Assembly: GCA_963812605.1 (NCBI GenBank)
Contig: CAWEWF010000014.1
Span: forward strand, 320,001 to 384,000
Origin: an uncultured Verrucomicrobiae bacterium
GTDB lineage: Bacteria; Verrucomicrobiota; Verrucomicrobiia; Palsa-1439
DNA: 64,000 bases
Reading direction: 5' to 3'
This document shows positions 19,198 through 30,049 of the stretch, piece after piece. Under the pieces are notes generated by a model. The model did no database searches and was not told the origin of the DNA. It saw only the letters and a program-made list of their open reading frames with translations. Every line of letters begins with the position of its first letter. The first letter of the stretch is position 1. Made by a program: the position numbers and the translations under genes.

Positions 19198-20929
19198 ATG
19201 AGGACGATTAAAGTTTCCGATTACGTCGCTGAATTTCTCCATGCGCAGGGGGTTCGCCAGGTTTTTGAGCTCGTGGGCGGAATGATTACCCAATTCGTGG
19301 ATTCGATTCATGTCCAGGGCAACATCCAGTTGATCAGCGTTCACCACGAGCAGGCGGCGGCTTTTGCCGCGGACGCCGTGGGCCGCGTGACCGGCGTGCC
19401 GGGCGTGGCGATGGCCACCAGCGGACCGGGGGCGACGAACCTGCTAACGGGCATCGGCAGTGCGTACTTCGACTCATCGCCGACGGTATTCATCACCGGA
19501 CAGGTCACCCGTAGCGAACAAAAAGGCCAGCGCGCGGTTCGGCAACTTGGCTTTCAGGAAACGGACATCGTACCCATCGCTACACCTCTCACCAAAGCGG
19601 CCTGGCGCGTTCAGGTCCCCGAGGAAATCCCTGGCCGCCTGATCGAGGCGTTCCTTCTGGCGCAATCGGGACGACCAGGGCCGGTACTGCTCGACATCCC
19701 GATGGACGTGCAGAGCGTGCAGATCTCGACAGAATCCCCGGTTCGTGTGATGCCCACGCCGTCGATCGCGCCCGATGCCGCAGCCATCGAGCAGATGCTC
19801 GGTGAATTGGCTGCGGCGCAGCGCCCGTTGATTCTCGTGGGCGGCGGAATTCGCGCGGCGCGCGCGACGGAGGTGCTCCGTGGATTTGTCGACCGGGTGC
19901 GCGTGCCCGTGGTCAATTCACTTCTGGCCATGGATGCGCTGCCGTACCAGCACCCGCAACGGGTTGGGATGATCGGTAGCTACGGCAACCGCTGGGCGAA
20001 TTTCGCCCTCGCGGAAGCGGATTACCTGCTGGTGTTGGGCAGCCGCCTGGATGTGCGTCAGACCGGCGCATTGACCGAAGCCTTCAAAGGCAACCGCACG
20101 ATCGTGCACGTGGACTGCGATGTGGCGGAGATGAATAACCGCGTCAAAGGCTGCCGCGCCATCGTGAGCGATTTGCAGGCCTTCCTGCCAGCGGCGCTGT
20201 CGTTGGCCGCGCATCGGGAATTTCCCGAGCATGCCGATTGGATGAAGCAGATCAGCAAACTGAAGTCCGCGTGGCCGGACACGCGGGAATTGCAGGACAT
20301 GCCCGGCATCAATCCGAATGTCTTCATGCATCAGCTATCGGCGCGCTCGCGGGCCGCCGCGGCGTACGTGGCCGACGTGGGCCAGCATCAAATGTGGGCC
20401 GCGCAATCCCTGGAACTGGATACGCACCAACTCTTCCTGACCTCGGGCGGGATGGGAGCGATGGGCTTCGGATTGCCGGCGGCCATCGGCACCGCGTTGG
20501 CCTGTCCCGGCCGCGCGGTGGTAATGATTGCGGGTGACGGCGGGTTTCAATTGAATCTTCAAGAATTGCAGACGGTGGTGCGTAACAAGCTGCCGTTGAA
20601 ACTGGTGATCCTGAACAACCGTTGCCACGGGATGGTGCGCCAGTTTCAGCAAAGCTATTTTGGGGAACGCTACCAATCCACGTTCTGGGGCTACTCCGCG
20701 CCGGATTTCACGCAGGTCGCGCGGGCCTACGGGATCGCCGCCGCCACGGTGGAGGAGGCCGGCGAAGGTCGGGGAAGCCGTGGACGCGATGTGGCAGGAC
20801 CCCGGCGCGCCTTTCTTATTGCAGGTCATGATCGACACCATGTCGAACGCGTATCCAAAAGTTGCCTTCGGCAAACCGATCACCGAGATGGAGCCGTTCG
20901 CCAAACCGGTCGAGATGGAAGGCACTTGA
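19198..20929 (+). CDS. thiamine-diphosphate-dependent acetolactate-synthase-like enzyme (YerE-like; frameshift near 20770)
   Basis: HEQAAAFAA, TSGPGATN, GRPGPV, DVGQHQMW, GAMGFGLPAAIG, GDGGFQLN..NN; C-terminus continues in ORF 20660-20929. Confidence 0.9.
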
Positions 20930-20937
20930 GGACTGCC

Positions 20938-22632
20938 TCAAGGAAACTGATACACGAAGAGCGTGTCGGCCACTCGCGCCGTCGGCTGGCGCGTTTCCCG
21001 CAGCCAGGCCCATTCGGGCCGCATCAACTCCGAGGCGGATACCACCAACCAGCCTTGTACGATCTGGCGCGCCTTTTCGGCGTCAATGCGCGTGTTGGGG
21101 ATCTTCAGGTGTTCGATGGAGAACTGCGTGCCGAAATAATCGAGATAGATCTGGCCGATGTGACGTTCGTCGAGGAATGCCTTCAGCCGCTTCGCGTCCT
21201 GTCCCCAATCATAGTTCGAATCGATCAGATAACGGTAACCGTTATTCGCACCACCCACGGCTTCGCTGAAGAACTGCAGGTACAGCGGCGCGCAAGCGAG
21301 GCAGATGACGGCTTGCCAGGCAACCAGTACGCCGACGAGCCATTGTTTCAGGTGCGGGATGGCGCAACCAATGCCGACGGTCAGCAGGGGAAGCATGGGG
21401 AGCAAATGACGGACCCCAATGTTCACTTTGCTCGTCATTGCCGCGAGGAGGTAGAGCGCCGCGCTTGCCCAAGCGGCCCACTCCAGCGGGCGAGATTGCG
21501 CGCGGTTCTTGAGAAATACGACGATGGCCGTGACGAGCAGGGCGCTGAACGCCAGCGGTGACTTCAGGAAAAGCGCGACCGGGTAATAATACCACCAGCC
21601 TTGCTGGGACCATTCCCCGAGCAGATAACCTTCGTGCCCTGTCTTCGAGTGCCCCAGGGTGAGCGCGAGCCCCTTGAAGAAATCGGGCGGAATCAGCAAC
21701 GGACGAAAACCCTGAAACCATCCCGGCACCCCGAGCGCCGTGGCCTGGGCTTCGGGCATCTCCGGCGCGGGCAGCCAGCGCGGAAAATTTACAAGAAGCA
21801 CGACAGCCCAGGTCGCGGCAAAACCGATGGCCGCCATTTTGGCGACGTTGACTTTTGCCGCGCCCAGTTTCTTCCAGGATAGCGCGGTCAACACGACGTA
21901 AATCGGCGCGAGGGTGATGGCGGTGAATTTCATCATCAGCGCCACGCCTGTGACCGCACCGCAGAGCGCCATGTTCCGGTTCGTCGGGGACTCGAGAAAG
22001 CGGGCGAAAAGAAAAATGGCGGCGGACATCGCCAGGGTGACGCCAATATCGGTGGTGACGAGGTGACCGTTAGCGAGAGCGTTCGGGTTGAAGACCCACA
22101 GCGCCAGGGCGGACAGGGCGGCGAAGTCATTAGCGGTCACTTGCCGCACCCAGAAGAAGATCAACACCCCTACAGCGAGGGTGAGAAGGATTTGCACGCA
22201 GCGGCCGGCGAACAACAGGCTATCGCCGTCATTCTTCCCATCGTACACGAACATCTGGCCGAACATCTGGCTCTCCGGCAACGCCCAGTAATACCAGTTG
22301 TCCCGCCCCCCAGGAAAATAATCCTGCCATGCGCGGATCGGGCCGAACCACGGACGTGTCCAAGGGTAGCCGGCCCGTCCGTCCAATAAGGCGCGCGCGT
22401 TATCGGAATACCCGATGTCCATAAACAGCAATGGAACGGCGGGCAGCATCTGCGACAGCGGCGGGTGTTCCGGCTGGATCTTGTAGCGATAGCCCTTCCA
22501 ATAGGTGTAGCCCGCGCTAAGAGTCGTTGTCTCGTCCACCGTTGCGCTGTCTTGTCGGGCGGCCACAATCATCAACGCCGCCATCACGACAAGCAAGCCG
22601 GCGGCGACCCAAATTACTGGGGGTTTCTGCAT
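20938..22632 (-). CDS. glycosyltransferase family 39 / ArnT-like GT-C membrane protein
   Basis: SATVDE, EHPPL, PN.LA.GHL.TTD, KFTA, GWWYYYP, IGVRHLLP, DSNYDWGQD. Confidence 0.85.
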   Translation of the reverse strand: MQKPPVIWVAAGLLVVMAALMIVAARQDSATVDETTTLSAGYTYWKGYRYKIQPEHPPLSQMLPAVPLLFMDIGYSDNARALLDGRAGYPWTRPWFGPIRAWQDYFPGGRDNWYYWALPESQMFGQMFVYDGKNDGDSLLFAGRCVQILLTLAVGVLIFFWVRQVTANDFAALSALALWVFNPNALANGHLVTTDIGVTLAMSAAIFLFARFLESPTNRNMALCGAVTGVALMMKFTAITLAPIYVVLTALSWKKLGAAKVNVAKMAAIGFAATWAVVLLVNFPRWLPAPEMPEAQATALGVPGWFQGFRPLLIPPDFFKGLALTLGHSKTGHEGYLLGEWSQQGWWYYYPVALFLKSPLAFSALLVTAIVVFLKNRAQSRPLEWAAWASAALYLLAAMTSKVNIGVRHLLPMLPLLTVGIGCAIPHLKQWLVGVLVAWQAVICLACAPLYLQFFSEAVGGANNGYRYLIDSNYDWGQDAKRLKAFLDERHIGQIYLDYFGTQFSIEHLKIPNTRIDAEKARQIVQGWLVVSASELMRPEWAWLRETRQPTARVADTLFVYQFP

Positions 22633-22679
22633 GGCGGGAGTTTTTGCGGAACGGCACGGGCAATGCAACGCATTTTTTC

Positions 22680-23652
22680 ATGGAAAAGCGGCCGGGTTTG
22701 CCTACACTGCCTCCACTTGTGGAAGCGCCACGTTATTCCGTCGTGATTCCGGTTTACAACGAACAGGAGAACCTGCCTGAATTGTACCGTCGGCTCACGA
22801 CCGTCCTGAAGCCGCTCAAGGAGCCGTACGAAATCGTTTTTGTCGATGACGGCAGCCGCGACGAGTCCCGGGCGCTCATCCGCAAACTGGCGGCGGAAGA
22901 CCAGAGCGTGCGGGCGCTGTTTCTCTCGCGCAACTTCGGCCATCAGGCCGCGTTGTCGGCGGGCCTGGATCACTCGCGGGGACAGGCGGTGGTTGCGATG
23001 GACAGCGATCTCCAGGACCCGCCGGAGGTCATTCCGCAGTTGATCGAGCGCTGGCGGCAGGGCTTTCAAGTGGTCTATGCCGTCCGCAAGAAGCGCAAAG
23101 AGGCCGCCTTGAAGAGAGCGGCGTATGTTCTGTTTTACCGTTTGCTTCACGGCATGGCGGACCTGGATATCCCCATCGACGCGGGCGATTTTTCGCTGGT
23201 GGACCGGCAGGTGGTGGACATCATGAAGAAGATGCCGGAACGCAACCGTTTCATCCGCGGCCTGCGCTCGTGGATCGGTTTCCAGCAATGCGGCCTGGAG
23301 TACGAACGCGACGCGCGTCACGCGGGCGAGCCCAAGTACACATTCACCCGACTGCTGAAGCTGGCGTTTGACGGATTTCTTTCCTTTTCGTATGTGCCAT
23401 TGCGCATGGCCTTCTGGCTGGGGCTGACCGCTTTTCTGATGTGCCTCCTCTATACGGGTTATGCGCTGTATGCGAAAATCGCGCTGGGCACGAATCCGCC
23501 GGGCTGGAACGTCCCTCATGATCGCCGTGATGCTTCTCGGCGGCGTGCAACTGGTCTTAATCGGCATCGTCGGCGAATACATCGCGCGCATCTACGATGA
23601 AGTAAAACAGCGCCCGTTTTACGTCGTCGGGGAACGCATCAACAGCGACTGA
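22680..23652 (+). CDS. GtrB/ArnC-like GT2 (frameshift near 23510)
   Basis: [44 protein letters not shown]. Confidence 0.9.
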
Positions 23653-23653
23653 C

Positions 23654-24409
23654 TTGCAGGCCGCCTATTACACTGAGTACGCCGCGATCCAACGGGAACA
23701 CTGGTGGTATCGCGCCCGCGCGGAAATCCTGGAAGCAATCCTCGCCCGCCATCTTCAACCCAACCGGCAACGCCTGATCCTGGACATCGGCTGCGGACCC
23801 GGGGGGATGCGGCCAATGCTGTCGCAATTCGGCCGCCTGGCCTCGACCGATTTTACCTTTGAGGCGCTGCAGTTTTGCGCGGCGCAGAAGCTCGACTATC
23901 TCGTCGCGGCGGACGGGATGCGCCTGCCGTTTCGCGACAGCGGGTTCGATGCGGCGGTCGCCTTCGACGTGATCGAACATCTGAGTGATGACGGCCTGGG
24001 AGCGCGCGAGTTGTTTCGCGTGTTGAAACCACAAGGCTGGCTTTTCGTGACGGTTCCTGCTTTTCAGTTCCTCTGGGGACGGCAGGACATCGTCAGTCAT
24101 CATTTTCGCCGGTACAACTCGGCAGGACTGTCAACCGTCCTGCGCGCCGCGGGTTTCGACATTGAGCAGATCAGTTACTTCAACACATTCCTGTTCCCGC
24201 CCGTTGCGGCGATACGATTGGCCTACCGCTGGCTGGGATTGAACCGCGCCCGGGCCGGCCAGGAGATGAAATCCGACTTCTCCATGTCGCATCGCGGCTG
24301 GCGCAACGAACTGCCCCGGAAAATCTTTGCGGCGGAAAAGCCGTTTTTATTGCGCGGCAGGCTTCCCTTCGGCGTCTCGCTCCTGTGTGTTGCGCGCAAG
24401 CCTCAATAG
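23654..24409 (+). CDS. class I SAM-dependent methyltransferase
   Basis: HWWY, ILDIGCGPG, FDVIEHL, TVPA, HFRRY. Confidence 0.85.
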   Translation: MQAAYYTEYAAIQREHWWYRARAEILEAILARHLQPNRQRLILDIGCGPGGMRPMLSQFGRLASTDFTFEALQFCAAQKLDYLVAADGMRLPFRDSGFDAAVAFDVIEHLSDDGLGARELFRVLKPQGWLFVTVPAFQFLWGRQDIVSHHFRRYNSAGLSTVLRAAGFDIEQISYFNTFLFPPVAAIRLAYRWLGLNRARAGQEMKSDFSMSHRGWRNELPRKIFAAEKPFLLRGRLPFGVSLLCVARKPQ

Positions 24410-24453
24410 GCCTTGAGGTTGCGCACGTGCCAACGATCGGGGAGTGCTGCCGC

Positions 24454-26195
24454 TCATTGAGCGGGATGGTTCGGTGATGCGCCCAACGAATACACGAACA
24501 GTGTATAGCCGATCCGTTCCACGGGCGCATGGGTCGCGCGGAACCAGTCGTAGTCGGGCGCCATGAGATGCGTCGCGGAAACGACCAGATAGCTGTCGGC
24601 CAGATTGCGGATTTCCGCCGCCTTGACGCGTTCATTCGGAATATGCAGGTACTCGATCGCCATGCCCGTGCCGAAGTAATCGAGATAAATGCGCGTGGGG
24701 CGGCTCTTTTCCACCCACTTTTTTAGAAGTTTGCCATTCTGGCCCCAGTCGAAATTGGAATCCAGCAGATAGTTTTGTCCGTTGGCGGAGCCGCCGACAA
24801 GTTCGTTGAAATAGGCGATGTAATCGGAATGGGCTTGAAAGGCGGTCACCACCAGCCACGCCGCGAGGATCCAACCGATCAGTTGCTGCCGTGGTTTCAA
24901 GCGGGCGAATTCGGTCCCGGCCACCACGGCGAGCAGCGGGTAGATCGGCAGAACATGGCGGATGCCGATGTCGGCCTTGTTGGGAATGGCGCAGGCCAGG
25001 TAGACGGCGACCGCGATCAATGGAGCAGTTTCGGCGAAGGTCCACTGCCGGATTCGCCGTAGCGCCAGCGCAATAGCCGAAACGAAAAGCAGCAGGAGCG
25101 CAACCGGCGTCTTGACCAGGATGGCGACCGGATAGTAGTACCACCAACCTTTTTCCGACCATTGACCGAGCAGATAGGCTTTATGGCCGCTAAACACATG
25201 GATGAACATGATGGTGAATCCCTTGAAGAAATCTCGCGGTATCAGCGCCAAGCGAAAACTTGTGAACCAAGCCCGGAACTTGAAGGCGATCTGCGTCTTC
25301 CGGCGAGATCAGTGGCGGCGGCGATAAATGTGGGACGTACAATAACAGAACTATTCCCCAAGTGACGGCGAAGAGGAGCAGCACATTGCTGAAAACATTT
25401 CGTGCCGATGGCTGGTGAGCGGAACGTTTTTGCCGCCACCACGCGACCGCCGCGAGCGCGACAAAGATCGGGATCAGAATGACGGCGGTATACTTCGTGA
25501 GCAGTGCGGCAGCGAAGGCAATTCCGGCCAGGAGCGCCGTTCGCGGTCGGGGCGTTTCGAGGAACCGTGAAAACATCCAGACAGTCAAGGGCAGCATCAG
25601 GGCAATGCCCGGGTCGGTGATGATCAAGTGCCCATAGGCAAGGGCCAGGGGATTGAAGCACCACGCTACCATGGCGAGTAGTCCGCCGGTGTTATTGCTG
25701 AGCGACCTGGCCCACAAGAACACGAGCAGTCCCGTCGCCAACATGACCAGCGCTTGCATGAATCGACCCCAGAAAAGCAAGTTTGTTCGCGTCGTTTTGT
25801 GCGGCGTACACCAACTGGCGCCCGAACAACCCCGCCTCGATGGCGGGATAATGGTAGAAGGACTTCAGCGTGGGCGGGAGGTTCTCCTCGGATTCGGGCC
25901 GGTACCTCCATGTGTAGGCCAGATTTGAAAAGGATGCTCCATCAAAATAGGTTGCCGCGTGGGTGGGCGGATTCACGTTGAGGAACTGCAAGGGCAGCGC
26001 GCTCCAGAGTTGCATGAGCGGCGGGTGCTCCACGTTGAGGTAGTAACGGTGGCCCTGCCAGTAGGAATAGCCGGCGCCGAGGAAGACGGTTTCGTCGGTG
26101 GTGGCGGTTTCGTTGCGCATCGGTCCCCACATCAATGCCAGCGTGACGCCGAGAGCCAGCGCGACAGCCAGCCACGAGAGGCAGCGACGAATCAT
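24454..26195 (-). CDS. glycosyltransferase family 39 / ArnT-like GT-C membrane protein (frameshifts near 25255 and 25780)
   Basis: Paralog of 20938-22632: TATTDE, EHPPL, GHLIITD, GWWYYYP, IGIRHVLP, DSNFDWGQN across three ORFs. Confidence 0.85.
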
Positions 26196-26277
26196 GGGGT
26201 CTTGGTAGGCGAAGCCAGCGGGTGAGTCGAGATTTTTCGTGATTTTTGCGGCCAACGGCCTTACAACGTGCAGTCTC

Positions 26278-27496
26278 ATGAAAATTGTCGTCGCATACTC
26301 GGGCGGGTTGGATACCTCGGTCATTTTGCATTGGTTGAAGGAGACCTATCGCTGCGAAGTCGTCGCCTTCTGCGCCGACATCGGGCAGGAGGAAGAACTG
26401 GCCGGCCTCGATAAAAAGGCGAAGGCCACCGGTGCGAGCAAATACTACGCACTCGACCTCGTCGAGGAGTTCGCCCGCGATTTCATTTTCCCGATGATCC
26501 AGGCCAGCGCGATCTACGAGAATCAGTATTATCTCGGCACCAGCATCGCGCGTCCGCTGATTGCCAAGGCGCAGGTTGAGATCGCCCGCAAAGAAAAGGC
26601 GGACACCGTGGCGCATGGCGCGACGGGGAAAGGCAACGACCAGTGTCGCTTCGAGTTGACCTACGCGGCGCTCGCGCCGGATCTGAAAATCATCGCGCCG
26701 TGGCGTTTGCCCGAATACCAGGCCCAATTCAAGGGCCGTACCGAGATGCTCGAGTACTGTGCCAAGAACGGCATCAAGGTCGAGGCCAGCGCCAAGAAAC
26801 CGTACTCGATGGACCGCAACCTCCTGCACATTTCCTTCGAGAGCGGCATCCTCGAAGACCCGTGGGCCGAACCGCCCGCGGACATGTTCAAACTCAGCGT
26901 CTCGCCCGAGGATGCGCCCGACAAGCCGGAGTACGTCGAGTTGGAGTTTGAATCCGGTAATTGCGTGGCGGTCAACGGCAAACGGCTTTCACCCGCCAAC
27001 GTCATGCGCACGCTGAACAAGCTCGGCGGCAAACACGGCATTGGCCGCGTGGACCTCGTGGAGAACCGCTTCGTCGGCATGAAATCCCGTGGCGTGTACG
27101 AAACGCCCGGCGGGACCATTCTGCATTTTGCCCATCGCCAGGTGGAAACGCTGACGATGGACCGCGAAGTCATGCACTTGCGCGACTCGCTCATCCCGCG
27201 CTACGCGGAGCTGGTGTACTACGGATTCTGGTTCAGCCCCGAGCGCGAAGCGCTGCAGGCCCTCGTCACTGAAAGCCAAAAGAACGTCAGCGGCACTGTG
27301 CGTTTGAAGCTCTATAAGGGCAACGTCATTACCGCCGGACGCAAGAGCCCGCTCTCGCTGTACAACCCGTTCATCGCGACGATGGAAGCCGACAAAGGGG
27401 CCTACAACCAGACCGACGCCACCGGGTTTCATCCGATTGAATGCCCTGCGCCTGCGAACGCGCGCGGCGGTGCTGAAAAAGGCGAAGAAGAAATAA
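26278..27496 (+). CDS. argG: argininosuccinate synthase (frameshift near 27427)
   Basis: [36 protein letters not shown]; corrected end [11 protein letters not shown]...KKAKKK-stop. Confidence 0.95.
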
Positions 27497-27505
27497 TTTC
27501 TGGCA

Positions 27506-28061
27506 CTATTTCGCGGCGAGCAGCGGTTTCAATCGCGGTCGTTACTTCGGGCGAATCTGGGGTTGTTGCCGAGTCAAACCGTTTGAGGATGGCGCCGTCG
27601 CGGCCGATGAGGAACTTGGTGAAATTCCATTTGATGTCGCCGGGAAACGGCGAGTCTTTGCCCGCCAACGCCGTGTAGAGCGGATGGCGATTGGGGCCAT
27701 TCACGTCGATCTTGTCGAACAGCGGGAAAGTGACGTTGTATTTGTTGGAACAGAACAGCTTGATCTCTTCGTCCGTGCCCGGCTCCTGCGAGCCAAACTG
27801 GTTGCAGGGGAACCCGAGAATAACGAGGCCCTTGTCCTTGTATTTCTCGTAGACGGACTGGAGGGCGGTGTATTGCGGAGTAAAGCCGCACTTGGAAGCC
27901 ACGTTGACGATAAGGAGCACCTTGCCCCCGTAGGCGGCCAGCGAAGTGTCCTTGTGGTCGATGTCTTTGACGGGGATTTTGTAGATTTTGTAGAGGGACT
28001 GCGCGCGGGTGGTCATGGTTTGTGTCAGTAACGATGCCGCGAGAAGCGCGAAAATTTTCAT
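27506..28061 (-). CDS. glutathione peroxidase family protein with signal peptide
   Basis: [33 protein letters not shown]; likely true end AIETALAAK-stop after a 1-nt indel near 27520. Confidence 0.9.
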
Positions 28062-28155
28062 ACAGGCATGGTAGCATCGGGCTGGGCGGCGCACAAGCGA
28101 TGGCGATTGCGCGGTCGAACACTCCCGGTGACGAATTGATTGTTTGTTCTGGTGG

Positions 28156-28861
28156 TTATTTCCGCTTTAGGAAACAGAGCGAGAGCAGACAGCCGAAGCC
28201 CATCCCGACAAGTCCGAGGGTGCCGGGTTCCGGGACAATCGTGGCGGAAAGACCGGTGGTGTCTTCATTGGGATTGCCATCGCTACTGCCGACCACAAAA
28301 TCAATGGTATCCCCCGCAAGGACGCTCTGAAGCCCCGAAAAGGACGCTGGGGCCGGGCTGCCGATCACGGTCGAATTGAACAGCGAAGTGCCATCGTAGA
28401 GAATATGCACATCCGCGGAATCACCGCGCGCGCTGAGGCCGGAAAAGGTGGCGGCAATCGTAAACGTCCCCGAGGCGGGCGCCGTCCAGCGGACAATACC
28501 GACCTCATTGCTGTCACCGGATTGCAGGGCCAGCTGTCCGGGTTGATAGGTCGTTGCGACATAGGTCACCGGGTTGGAACGTCCCGTTATGCAGTACGTA
28601 GGGGATGAACGAACCGCTTTCGTTGCCCAACCAGCCGCTCAGGGGCGTGGAACTGAAGGCCAATGAATTTGTAACATCCAGATGAAAGGCCCCGCCGACA
28701 CCATACGACCAGCCGTAGCTCCACGCGCCATTGGGGTTGCTGGTGGCGGAAAAATCCCCGGCAGCATTGAAGGCCGATGCGGTTCGTGGCAGGGCGAGCA
28801 CACCGAGGCTGAGCAGGGTTGCGAAGGTTGAGATGAGCGAGGACTTTTTGAATGTTGTCAT
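28156..28861 (-). CDS. PEP-CTERM protein (frameshift near 28580)
   Basis: Signal peptide, AGDFS..SNPNGAWSYGW, VRWTAP, GDTIDF.VG, IVPEP-TM-LKRK. Confidence 0.9.
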
Positions 28862-28926
28862 GGCAGTTTTCTTTTGGAGTTTGGATCTACGGGTGATTGG
28901 TTTGTTATGAAGTTCTTTTTTTGAAG

Positions 28927-29625
28927 TTATTTCCGCTTCAGGAAATGAAACGAGAGCAGGCTGGCCAGACTCATGGCGAGCAGGCTCAAAGTGGTTGGTT
29001 CCGGCACGATCGTGGCGGACAGAGCGGTAGAATCTTCTTCCGGGCCATTGCCTCCATTCCCGACCGCAAAGTCAATGGTGTCTCCGACCGTAACATTCTG
29101 CAGTCCCGTATAATTCGTCGAGCTATGATCCAGGGTTGCAGCAAATATCGTGGAACCATCGAGCAGGATATGGACATCCACGGAATTGCCCAAGGAACTG
29201 AGGCCGGAAAACGCGGCCCCAATCGTGAATGCGCCCGAGGAGGGGGCCGTCCAGCGGACGATACAGTACTGGTTGCTTTCGCCGGGTTGTTCGGCGAGTT
29301 GCCCGGGTTGATAGGTCGTGGATGAGAGGGTGATCGGATTCGCCGTCCCATTGTACAGGATGTACGGAATGCCATCGGGGTGCTGGTCGCCCAACCAACC
29401 ACTGAGGCTGGTGCCGGAGTATGCCGTTGTATTGCTCGTATCCGGAGTAAAGGCCGAGCCGAGACCCAACGACCAGCCATAGCTCCACGCGCCATTGGGG
29501 TTACTGGCGGTGGAAAAGTCGCCGGCGGCGCTGAAGGCCGATGCGGTCTGTGGCAGGGCGAGCACAACGAGACTGAGCAATGTTGCGAAGGTTGAGAGGA
29601 GTGCGGATTTCCTGGATGTTGTCAT
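28927..29625 (-). CDS. PEP-CTERM protein, tandem paralog
   Basis: Same domain motifs as 28156-28861; IVPEP-TM-LKRK; RBS AAGGAAG before MTTSRKS. Confidence 0.9.
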   Translation of the reverse strand: MTTSRKSALLSTFATLLSLVVLALPQTASAFSAAGDFSTASNPNGAWSYGWSLGLGSAFTPDTSNTTAYSGTSLSGWLGDQHPDGIPYILYNGTANPITLSSTTYQPGQLAEQPGESNQYCIVRWTAPSSGAFTIGAAFSGLSSLGNSVDVHILLDGSTIFAATLDHSSTNYTGLQNVTVGDTIDFAVGNGGNGPEEDSTALSATIVPEPTTLSLLAMSLASLLSFHFLKRK

Positions 29626-30049
29626 GACGGAACTTCCTTTTCTGCCCCGAAAGCCTTCGGGGCGTCTGGTTGGTTTGTGTTTCTGCCTGGTGGCTTGCGT
29701 TGCCCTCGCGGGAACACAGGCCACAATTTCGAAAGAGTAGTGACGTATGCATAGACCTCGTGCCGCCGATCTGTAACCACGCCCGGTTGCTGAATGCGGG
29801 TAATTAGTTGGCTGCGGAGTGAGGTAAAGAAAGATTCGGCGGGAGGGAACGTAATCTAACAAGCCATCAGCGGAAACCGGCCCGCAAGGATACAGATGCT
29901 CGCCTCGCCCATTTCATCGAACCCTCACCACCACACAACGGAATCACGACTCGCAATCGCAGTTCCGAAGGGCAGTAGGACACTCGCCGGGAGGCAAAGT
30001 CAATCAAATTGGGCGCGGGATTCGGCGAAGGGTGTCGAGCGAAACAAAA

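Noticed and set aside
27976-27993. 9-bp tandem duplication ATTTTGTAG x2 in the glutathione peroxidase gene (YKIYKI)
   Set aside because: In-frame and only two copies; could be slippage or an assembly artefact, with no evidence of phase variation
29770-29900. attC-like fragments (ATCTAAC..., GTTGGCT) upstream of the PEP-CTERM pair
   Set aside because: No complementary partner box at a suitable distance, no repeated sites and no integron integrase in the window
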